A stretch of 64,000 nt of DNA, taken from assembly GCF_037042905.1 (NCBI RefSeq), contig NC_087251.1:20956001-21020000 (forward strand), given 5' to 3'. Shown here piece by piece: positions 1 through 12,200 of the stretch (positions are counted from its first letter, which is position 1; every line of letters starts with the position of its first letter). The translations under genes were made by a program, and so were the position numbers. Under the pieces are notes generated by a model. It made no database searches. It was given only the letters and a program-made list of their open reading frames with translations, and was not told the origin of the DNA. The DNA is from Lytechinus pictus. Taxonomy: Eukaryota.

Positions 1-84
1 GGTGGTTGCTAAAACAGATTTAATTGTACAATAGTGGCTTTCCTTTAAATCAGATATATTGCCAGTAGAATTATCTGTACACAC

Positions 85-295
85 CTGTCCAGTGAGTAAT
101 TCAAACAAGATGACCCCATAGCTCCACCAATCACACGCCGGTCCAACCCCGAAGATACCCGTTGCCTCAGGAGCTGTGAACATGTTGATCTGAGCCTTGG
201 GATTCATCTCCTGACACACCCACTTCCACTGACTATAGTAAGTCAGTCGGATGTGACCACCTTCCGCTAAGAGGATGTTGTCCGGATTAAGGTCT
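85..295 (-). CDS. RPS6KC1: RPS6KC1 exon 10 (kinase C-lobe)
   Basis: Not in ORF track; read manually as (R)DLNPDNILLAEGGHIRLTYYSQW...APE...CDWWSYGVILFELLTGQ; acceptor ttgacag, donor gtgtgt. Confidence 0.92.
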
Positions 296-3200
296 CTGTC
301 AATAAAATTCAAATTAAACATGGAAATTTATACTTGAATACTAGAAAATGTTTTACACTCAGAGTGTTAACACCAATTGTCTACTTGATGTTTGCTTAAG
401 TTTAATCATCACTTGGTCCCATACCCAGAAATTGCTCTCAGATTGGTCTATCATAATTCAGTTTTATCAGAAATTTTCTAAATGTCACTTCATCTAATTA
501 GTTTTACGAAATTTCATCTTATGATCCAATATTCTTAGTTATATTTTGATAAAGTGGGTACGTAACAAAATTAACATTGGCTAAAAATAGTCACACAAAA
601 AAGTGGCAATTAGCCTAGAGAATTATAGCTGCAAATGAAGTTGAATTAGATGAGTGATGACGCCAAGGAAGTATTAGACAATAACAGATTGTACCAAGTG
701 GCAATTCACTGGTTGGTATATCGAAGATTGAGAAGGCACAAAATGTTGATTGGCAAGTGAATAGCAAGGACAGGTAATTACACAAATACTATCTATCAGG
801 GCATCAGACTTGATGGTTTCCATGTAGATGCACCATAGGAAATTAAACATGATAAAATTTATAATTTGACATAAATTACAGGGTTTTGATGTTTCATTTT
901 TTCATCAAATTACATGATGATCAATCAAATAAACATGACTGAATCCATCATTACCTGCATGTGATGCCAGCAGCATGAAGCGTGGCCAAAGCAACAAGTA
1001 TCTCAGATGCCCAGATGCGTACACAGGACTCAGGCAGGGTGGCAGAACTGCTTTCTGTTCTGGATCTCCTCATCTCATCCAGATGAGAAAACAATCTTGA
1101 AAGCGAAGGCAAAGAGGTGTCTTTATTGTGCAAAGTTTCCCCCTTAAGAGTGGAGGTCCTTGAATTTGTGGGGGTTGTGTTTGCTTCTCCGACCAGTCCA
1201 TTCTCTTCACCATATATGTTGTCTTCTACTGCTTCCCCACTGTGGCATAGTACATTAGAAGAATCTGTTGACACTGCTGGTATGCTACTTGGAACAACAG
1301 GGGCTGTTACAACTTTATGGTATGGAGGTGTAATCTCTTGATTTGAGTTTATTGGTTGGAAAGTATGCTGGGGAGTTGACTGAGCAGAAACTGTGGACGA
1401 ACTGGGAAAGTCCCTCATCACACCAATGGAGGGTAAATTGGTATCTGACGGATCAACACTCACATACGCTGTAGAAGAATAAGAATCTTTCCTACTGGTT
1501 ATAATCAGCTGTTTGTCATTATCGAATGGATTGATGTGTAAATTCATGTCCTTTTGGTTAACATTCGAGGCATTTCCTTCTGTCTTTGCATTTTGCATTT
1601 CTTTCTCAATTTCCTCTGAGGAAGCTCCATCAGGGTTTTGTCTTGGCTGTGCAAGGGCATCCGCTTCAGCTTGGTCTCCTGAACTCAAGTCTAATCTATT
1701 GTCTCCAAGCATGTAAATATCAGCATCCCCACTATCAGCCACATTGTGATCATCCTTCACATCAAACACACCGCCAAAACCATTGTCCTCATCCTCAGAA
1801 TCTCTTGGAATATCTTTTGGCACATCTGGTAAATTCAAAATATTAGGGGCAACATGCTCAGCAGTTTCCTGAAAGCCTGTAACTGAAGATCTACTCTCAA
1901 CTTCTTTTGGACCTGTACTGGTATCAAAGCCAAACCCTTTTGTGTCTGGAGTGCCTCCGTCAAAGAATGAATCCCAGACATTCTCTTCCTGAGAGCGAGT
2001 ATCTGCACCCATGGACACTGTTCGTTTTGTGTCTCTGATCAGAAAGTGCTTTCCTAAAGGTTCATTCATCCGAAATTCCATCATGCTGGACTGTTGCATA
2101 AATGGAGGGCGAGAGGGAGAATTATTGCTAAAACTGTCATTTGGGTCATGTCTGCTGGGTTTTTCAGATAAAGACTGGCTCCTCTTCTTTGGCGAGCCAG
2201 AATCAAAGAAATCAGCTAGATCGACACCAGGTACCATCTCTTCCTCGCTGAATACTCCAAAGGCCCTGGTATCCAAGAATGCCTGAGAGCTCTCCGTAGA
2301 ATCAGCATTGGGCATTTCAGAAGTTGATTCTTTATCAGTTACAATTTCCTGGATGATATTACTGTTCTCTAAGAAATCAACCACATTTTCTTGTTTGAGC
2401 ACTTGATTCGAAACTGAATGATCTATACCAGCTTCTTCTTCTTCTTTGCGCATCTGTTCAACTTCTTGGACAACAGCTAGTGCCTCAGCAATAACTCTGG
2501 CAGGATCAAGATCAAGTTTCTCTGTCTCAGACTTCACTTCAAGGTCAACTGGTCCAGCCTCAACAGGAACAGCATCTATTGGAGGTCCACTTGTAGAAGA
2601 TTCAAAACCAAAAACTGATGAATCACCTATCTCACCCATGCTGTATTCATTAGGGCTTTCTATGCTGTCAATGCTAAATAAAGCCATTGATGCAGGTGGA
2701 GCACTTGACATACTTTCTTTCGCATCAGGCAAGACTACTTTACAAGGTGTGGATCCAAAGACTTCACAGTGACTAAACATCTCAGTCTCCTCATTAGTGT
2801 CACTCAGAAATAGACTGTCATCTTGCTCTGTTCGAGCGTTATCAGCACATTCGTCGTAGTTTGAACTCTGAGAAACTAGATCATTCAAATTTGAATCAGA
2901 CAACCTCTCATGTGGGATGGTCTCACCATCTCCCAAATGTTCCCCACCAGTTACATATTCCCCACATGCATCAAGTAAGTTCACATAGCTACCAGAAACT
3001 GCTGGTGAAGGTATAAGCTTCCCTTCTATACTACCAACTGAGGCAGCATCAGCATGGGCATCTGGATCATGACTTGTATCAGATGTATCCTCCACCTGAG
3101 TGGTGGCTTCCTCAACAGCTTCTGCCAGACTGAAGACATCATCCTTCAACCCTCTTCCGCTTTGTGTACTCCCCGACCTGGAACGCTGGGACTGTCGACT

Positions 3201-6200
3201 GAGAGTGCTACTCTTTAAGCTGTTAGCAAGCTCCTGCCTCCCAGTTGCTTCTTTTTGTTGCTTGAGATAAGGACTTGCATAGTTCCAGAGCTTCCCCCCA
3301 GTGGCATGCTCAAGCAAGAGAAAGATCGAGCTCTCTGTCTCAAAGAAGCGATAAAGCCTCACCATGTACGGACAGAAGGCAGGCACTCTGGTTATCATCT
3401 TGGTGTTGGGTACACTGCACTTGCTGAGGGACTGTGGCATAAACAAGAAAAATTCAACCATTTATAGAACAACCAATTCTCATTTGTGCACTTCTACGAA
3501 ATTCATATCAAAGCAGAGAGCTAAACAATATTATTCTATTGGATTATATTGATCTATACTCCTTTTCTTTCCCTATAAAAATCAGTGATGACACTTCCAT
3601 CATATATCAATTTTATCTGTCACAATTTATGACTTCATATCTGAGAACTGTTAATTCATATTGGATATTTCATTATAGCAGAGAAAAAAAGTGCTATGTT
3701 GATTTCCATGAAAATATTTTGGAACTTACAATATGAGAAGCTGACAATGTGAAAGGTTGAAATTACTAATGAGATAAGAATATTTTCCCTTGTTGAAAAT
3801 TTACAGAAATTTACAAAATGCAAATTGCGAAACAAAACTTAAGAGATTTAACTAAATCACTTTGAATCCTGAACTACTCAACTATCTCAATTCATTACCC
3901 AGAATGCAACATTTGGAGCAACTAGTCTTACAATCCAAATTCAACTACTGCTGGTATTCATTTCAACATTTTATCACATATACGTCTTCAAGTACCAGTA
4001 ATGAATAAAAGTGCAACTGTTTTCTGATATCGATGGAAAATTGACTGTGATTTAGATTTAAATACAGAATGTCATATCTTCAATGATTATGTCAAAGGAA
4101 TGTTCATCAAGACTAATTCTCCAGTACAGGAGCATACTGCAGACCACACAATATGACTGGCCTCCTCATGGAATTAAAAGACTTACTTTGATGATGAATG
4201 TTTGGTATGTTGACATATCAAGAACAAGAAGAACAGAATCAATGCAACCAAGAACCTTGTAGGATTTCAGCTCATCAATGTTTCCACGTAGATATGCTGA
4301 GGAGGCATCCACTTCCATTGCCATCTTCTCAGACTAAGGGAAATTATAGAGTAGAGTAGAAAGAAGGTGCTATTATCTTGTCCAAACTGCTGACGACTGA
4401 ATTATACAGGACTCCTAGACTTTGTACAGGGAACACCAAGGCCCCGTCTTACAAAGAGTTACGATTGATCCAATCAATCGTAACTCTATGGAAATCCATC
4501 AGTGTCATAATTTTATTCTACAGGAAATTTGCAAAATGTCCTTTGTAAACAATAATTTGTCAAAAAATCAATGACTTTATGGAAATACATTCATATCTAG
4601 AAATGTTTTTGAACAAACATGCATTTCATATGTTGACTTTGCTGGCTTTCCATAGTTGCAATTGATCAGATCAATCAAAACTCTTTGTAAGATGGGCCCC
4701 TGGTTCCAGTTGGGCAAATTGTTAATAAAGCATTACAGAGGTCTGATGGGGGCATTCTAATTATGGAAAAGCAGTTTATTTCTGTTACAAGCAATGAAGA
4801 TGGGTGGTCATCAATTTGGGGGAAAATGCTTCCCATGAAACCGGCAAAGGTCGTAATGCAAAGTTAGTATTCAATTCAATTGAAGAAAACCAATCATGTA
4901 GCAAAAGTAGTCAACTGTATGAATATCTCACATAGATGGAGATAATGATAGGGATTAGGATTGTGACAAAATAAAGCAATTGGCAGGATGTTACAAGAAT
5001 TAATTCCTTTATAAAGAAAGTTATTTTGGAATAAAACAATGAGAGATGAAGCATCAGCCCAAAAAATAATGATAATAGTGATGTAAAATGTAGAATAATT
5101 ACCTCCCATCTTCTTGCATTGGATGCTTCTACTGATAAATATTTGTTGTAGATGTCTTCAGCCTTCATTAGATATTGAGCGGTCTTCCGCCTAACAGCCT
5201 CTCTTCTTGTCTTGCTTTTGTCAGCTAAATCAAAATGTAATTGAGATTGGTCTAGAATCTGAAATTGAATTTTCCATGAATCTAATCGTAGCTTAAACTC
5301 TTAAAAATATCATCCCCAATATTTACTAAAGGTATGCCAATTTGTTAGTACAAAAGCAGAAAAAAAAAAGAATGGAAAATCAGATCAATAAATCTATGAA
5401 AATCTCAAATTTGGGCAGTTAGTTGAGACAATTCTTGCATTTAACATGTACTGGTACTTGAATCAATTATTATGAAACATGCAGACAAGACTAGATGGAA
5501 AACAAGCTGAGTACAAAATATCTGAACACATGATGACAACCCAATCAAGTGAGCATTACAAGTACATCAGTTTAATACAGTTCATAATGTTGTGCCAAGC
5601 CAAGAAACAGAGCTGGTTTAAGGACACATTGCAAAATTAAAGCAAACTTACCGACAACTCCATTCAGCAATATAGCTACACCAGCTTTGTATGCATCAAA
5701 GGAAGCCTGATAGTTGCCAACGCTCTGATTATCCAGGGCCAAACTGATTTTACCAGCGGCTTGATACAGATAATCATCCTCTCCACTAACATTCCACTTG
5801 GAGATGCTATCATCAGAAACATGGCGGCTGCGTTCACCTGTGGCAACGCTTCGACTGTCAGTGATACCTGTGGAATTGGCATCTTCTTCAGCAGCCTGCT
5901 GGGCACGGAGTGAGTTCAGGTACGCCCTGGCAAGGGAGTTGTGGCTGTTGCGGTTTGCAGTCATACCACCAGAGGAGGAAACAGAGGAAATGGCAGAATC
6001 GGAGGAATACGACTGCAGTGAAGGGGGTACGGTGACTGTGATTCCACTGTCGGTCGAGTCACCGGTAACAATGCTGCCTGCTGGGGTAGGATCATCATGA
6101 GAGTTGGATGAAGGTTCAGGAGAATCTCGGTTGAGTTCAGCGCATATATCCATGGCATGAAAGAGCCAGCTGTTAGAGTGAGGTAGTGTACCAGGCTCTG

Positions 6201-9200
6201 TGCTCCCAGGTTCTAGGGGAAGAGTACCAATCTCATTTTATTTATAATGATGTATGCATCATTCTTTATATCATGTAGAATGAGTAGCAAATCGTGAAGA
6301 TAACTATCAATTTTTTTCAACCAATGCAATACTAGTAAGCATATTTTCAATGACTGATGACAAAAAGGTATTTTTATCATTCATTCTTTTATCAATTAAT
6401 TTAATCAATTAATTAATGAATTCATGCATGCATGTATTCATTTGCGCGTTCGTTCGTTCGTTCATGCATTCATTCATTCATCCATTCATTCATTCGGTCG
6501 GTCGGTCAGTCAGTCAGTTATACTTTACCTTCATATTCACATATTCATTTAAGTTCATATATTGCGCTTTCATTGAAAATATCAGCCCTTACAATTATCT
6601 GGGATGGTTAACTAAACTACCTATTTTTTCATCAAAATATGTAGAAAAATTATCTGCACAGTTTGATTTTGCTTCAAATTATTTTTTTGAATGATATTCG
6701 ATGCCACCCACCCTCCCCTTCATACAAGTTGTTGTCATTGATCCAAATAAATATCAAACTACGGAAAGCCAGTGACATCATAATTAATCCATCACTTAGG
6801 ATGCATAACTCTGTTCTATTGTAAACAGAGAGAAGCAATGCATAAGCATCACCTCTCACCAGCATTATGCTCAGACATGCATTTGCTAGATGACAAGTTA
6901 TAGTGTTACTGGTTTTTTATAGTTGAGATGAAATAAAAGTCAATAACAATTATTTTTCGAATGGTGCCCTGGTGATGAACCAGGGCAACCAAAAAATTAC
7001 TTTTTTTCTTTCCAGGGCTCTTTTTGGAGAAAATTAAAAATTTTCCAGGGCTACTTTTTCATTTTCCAGGGCTCTTTTTCCACTTTCCAGGGCTACAATT
7101 TCTGGAGCTATTTCGCGGCTTTTTTGCGTTTGTGTGTGTGTGTGTGTGTGCCACATTGAAGGGATGCTGGTCAGCAGTGCAGGGCTGCTCTGCTGCAGGC
7201 TCTGCTTTAACAAGATGTGCTGTACATGCGGTGCGTTCAACGCTAGCGGGCGTGTATATTTTGCTTATTACATGACGTCATCCAGCCACTGCCGAGAGCC
7301 AATTTATGAATGAAAATATAGTAAGCATGCGCAGTGCAAGCCTTCCATAGCCCCACACAGTATTCCACCAAAACAAGTGTGCAATACTCTATCACCTCGT
7401 ACCAAAATCGACCTAGAATTTCACTTTCCTATAATTTATATGAATTATGAAAGGTATTCTCGGAGGACCTATTTTCTCACCGATACCGAACAGGTAAGCG
7501 AATTTCAATTACTTCTTGATTTTCGGTCAAAATCTTACGAATTAGCGTTGATTATAGCATCGTGTTCGTTGGAGTTTGTAGAGTCTATCGCAACGTGTAC
7601 AAAGTCAATTGATTTCCGGGTTTCGGAGCGTCGCGTGAATATGCATGAAATTGCCGAGTCTCGATAATTTTCGATCGATACTGGAGCAATCCGATCACGA
7701 ACCCGCGTAGACAATGTGACCGGATATCGTTATCGCTATCGATACTTTCGCACGCAGTCCGAAGGAATTATTTTGGCGACCACGTAGTCATGACGTGATC
7801 TGCGCGATTGGCCAATCAGCGGTCTCCGATTCGCTGAGCCGAGACGGTCTATTCGTTGTACACAGTCTATGGACAATTTGCCACTGTGAAATATACAGTG
7901 TTGACGGGGGCGATTATGAGTTTTGCAGTCGCCCTCGTGTGAATGTTTTTAGCCCTTTTCCGGGGCTCTTTTTGGACTTTCCGGGGCGAATTCGCCCGCC
8001 GCCCCCGTGTAATTTTTTGGTTGAACCAGGGACATGCAAGTAGCATCATTCTTACCAGATGGTGAAAGTGGATCAAAGAATGTCAGTTCTTCTAGCTGTG
8101 GAAGAGGTGTACTGGGCATAGAGTCTTCGCTAAATGTTGTCCTTTCATCTTCACTGTCATCGTATCCCTCTCCTCCTCCTTCTGAATCCTCCCCTTTTTG
8201 TTCTTCATCCTCCTGCTGACGGTGTAGCCAGACCCCTCCCAGTTCATTCCCTGATGTGGGGAGGGATTGAGTTTGAGATGCCTCTGCCTGATTCTCCTCA
8301 CCCTCCCCCTCCATTCTAGGAATGGAAGCTGCCATAGCTCTACTACTAAGAGGTTTATTGGGGAAGCTTCCATTGTCAGATTCAGGGTATGCAACTTGAG
8401 GTTTTAAGATTGGGTTTTCAGATGACACTTTTCTCCTAGTCACAGTCTCTCCTCCCTGGAATAAAATGACATATCAAATGAAAGAGAGAGCGAATCCTAC
8501 TTTGTGGTTTGGCTCAATATATTTAGATTCAGAACCATAAATATCTCACAAGGCAATATGCAGAAAGGAAACAAAAACCATTCACATACTGTGCTAATTT
8601 TAATAGCATCTGTATCTTCTGTCTGATAACATTGTAAATATTTTTTTGATAATCACTAAAATCATGAAATTGACAACATGGTGAAAGTTCAAATCACAAA
8701 TAATACAGAATGATAATTAAAAACCCTCTTTCTTTTCAATATCAGAACATATTGTAAGAGTTGCAATTTTTACAGTGGTTTTATTTCACCAATTAAGACT
8801 TTGCTAAAATCTATACTCTATTATGGCCATTGCTGCAGATGCGAACAAAGAAACATTGGGGAAAATATCAACTTCTGAATATGACAAATCAATACTAAAC
8901 CAAGAAAATATCCGTATGCTAAAATATTGACTAATACAGTGGAAAAAGATTCTTACCTTGAAAAAGTCAACAAAGTGAGTTGACTTAGCAAGAGGAGGTA
9001 CTTTCACAGTAAACTCTAAAAGTCTCAGGGCACTTTGCCTTCTTTCTTCAATGGTCTTTTCATCAAATCTCCCTAGTACAGAAAGTGAAAAATATACTGA
9101 CATATCAGACATAAAATTTTGTTTTGATAAGCGGCCCATAACACAAAGCTTAGCAATGATCATAGAACATTTCACTACGATTGATTCCATTGATTACAAT

Positions 9201-12200
9201 GTTCAATCAATCGTGAAAATCAAGCGTACGATTAATCACTAACCTTTGTGTTACAGGACCCAGGTGTTTTTTCTTTTGTAGCATGTGCTTTGTAAATTAT
9301 CTCAAAATCTCTCAAATCAAATATCATATTTTGTAATATTTTTATCAACAAATGTTTGTCCCATACCGGGTACTCAAAAGAAAAATCTGCAACCAATCAT
9401 TAAACATTGTCATGTTATGTTGATTCCTATATTACACTGTATCTGTAAATTTTCAGCACCATATTGTGTACACATGTTTGGATGATATTGATCAATAAGA
9501 AATAAGAATATAGTATTAGACATTGTGTATCAAATATATCCTCCAAACCCTAAACCACATGGACTGATTAAGGAGACATTCCAAGAGGACATACAGCAAA
9601 TGTTGATGCAAGCTTACCAAAGAAACGAGCCTTTGCAAAATCTGGAAATTTTTCTGGTCTACGTAGATGGTAGTGGAGAAGCGAGAGAGCTTGGTGGAGT
9701 TTCTTGAAGTCATTATACCGCTTCCACACAGCAACCTGAAATTATAAGTGAGTGCTTTTTAAAATTAAAACATTGGTTCCACTGCATGCATCACAAGTCT
9801 TCAAGAAATTACCTTTTTGCTCACATATGAGAGAAAATTTATAAACTCAATTGTAACACTTTGAATTCAATATGTTGAATTGTATTTATGTTTAGATTAA
9901 TAGCTATTTTATTAGGACATTCCCATACATCTAGATCATATAATATCCCTTCTATGAATATTCATGGAGATTCTAAATAAATGATTGGTCAGTTGGTTCT
10001 CACATACAGATAATTTTTCATATTTTCTGGGGCATGCTCAATCATTTGTTCTGCTCCAGGAAAAAATAAAAAATAAAAAAATGATTTTGCTGAGTGTGGT
10101 GGTTGAACAAATCTAGTCCAGAATGGGGATGAGGACCAACAAGAAAAAAATTACCAGGATTTGTTGTTCAAATTTACAGTAGGCATATCCAAAGATATAC
10201 CTGGCTTTTCTTTTGGAAGTATTAAGTTGGAAATATTCATCCTTGATTAGATATTACATACATGTACTATTTTTTAGTACACAATACTTGCCGGTCCAAC
10301 CTTGGATGAATTATTTTTACCCACTTAACTTTCTCAAAGCCTGGTATATTTGTATACTTAATGGATATTGACATTTTAAATGATATGTATTGAAATATTG
10401 TAAATTGCACTTGATACTGTCTATGCATATCATGATAAAATATCAAGAAGTTATCAATATGATAGTGTGTAATGTTTTCAAGCAATTCCTCGGTAATGAA
10501 ACCCTTGGATCTAAATTTCTTATTACTGAGGAATTGCTTGAAATAATTACACATCATATTGTGATAGGCTTACCTCAATCACTTCCTCTGCTTTATCCAA
10601 TCTGAATGCCTGTAAAAGACATAAAAAGGAGATGGAAAATTTTTCCAGTTACAACTTGTGACCTTTGGATTTAGGTAAAATTTTTATATCACTGAACATG
10701 CACTGGAGTTTACAAGGGCAATTTTCAAATATATACAGAGGCAACACGTTTACAATATATAGCAGTTTTTTTAGTACGAAACGTGATGTCATTCAGTTTT
10801 ATGTACGAAGTCGGCCATCCAGGAAATAGACCAAAAGCTTCGGTCTCTGTTATATTGGTTGTTCTGCTGAACTCTGTTGGCTCCACTCACCAATTACAGA
10901 AACCGAAGTTCTAACTTGATCTATACAGGGACTCAATGTCAGAAATAGCTAAGTTAAAAAGAACTCCCACAAACAAGTTTAATCTTATTATTATTACCAA
11001 AGTACATAAACTATTACGACCGCCGTATATATATATATATCGTACCCTTGGACTAATCTCTTACCCTATATTCCCGCCTGGAAACTGGTTATCATCAATT
11101 TTTTCACGATATTTCAATCATTCGTTGTCACCTGTAAGCTGCCATCTTGGTTCTGAATATTCATGAAAGTGATGACAGACTCCACCCCTTACGTCATTTA
11201 CAGTGGCCGGATGTTTCCAGGATTTGAACGCTTGTTGCTTGCGTACAATCGACAAGCAATCCAACCCGATATAGAAGGGATGATCTGATTGGCCAATGGT
11301 TTCGACCCAGAAGTTTTTTCAACGGCTATGTTTTGTTTTTGTTTTTTTCAACGGCTATATGTTTGTGTATTATAGCACCTTCGGATATAGTGGGAGTTGA
11401 ACGACAGCAAAACTCGAAGTCACTTCTTCCTCCCCCCCCCCGTTTTGGTGCATTTGAGGCCAAAACTGAAAAATTTAACTTTCTATTAGGGTAGTTTTTT
11501 TAAATGTACTTATTTAGAATAAAGTGAAAAATCAAAGATCCCCGTCGGGGTTTTGCATTGCAAACCCCCAAATGCCGGCTGCACCTCCGTGAGCCGTCAG
11601 TGTACGAGGAGAAATAAAAAAAATTAAAATGTTTAAAAACTCCTCGAAAGAGACGGCTGCCAAGTGTCTATTTCCTGGCCTGGCTATAAATAGCATTTGG
11701 ATTAAGAACAATGTCAATCAATGTCATGATGAATGACAAGTCAATATGCAAGCAAGCTGAATAAAAGTTACACAATTTCAACTCTGAAAATAACCCAAAT
11801 ACACACAAAAAGTCATTAACAGAAACACGAACCCAGAGTCATGTGCACATTCACCCTCACACGGACACGCCCACTCAACCTCCTGATTTTGTTAATTGTA
11901 GTTGCACGCTCGCTTTCCAATGTATACAAATTCTACATATTTTCACAGTCGTTTAACAAGCAAAATTTTTACCTGAGTCAGCTCAGGTAAATGGGAGCGT
12001 GTGATTTTTCGAAGCAGATGTTACCAAGTTTTACAAGAGGATTGATGAAGATAATAAATTTGTAGCTGTTTGTTAGTGTTTTTTAATTTTACAGTAATAC
12101 AGGATGCCAGGGAAGAAAAAACTGGGCATTGACGTTGTGGCGTGCGCCTGTAATCCAAGCTATGCGGGGAAGTTACAAATTGATGCAGAGGTTCGAGCCC

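Noticed and set aside
1117-2772. Plus-strand ORFs overlapping RPS6KC1 exon 9 (likewise antisense ORFs over the SLC44 and GPCR genes)
   Set aside because: Antisense shadows of real coding sequence; no motifs or splice support.
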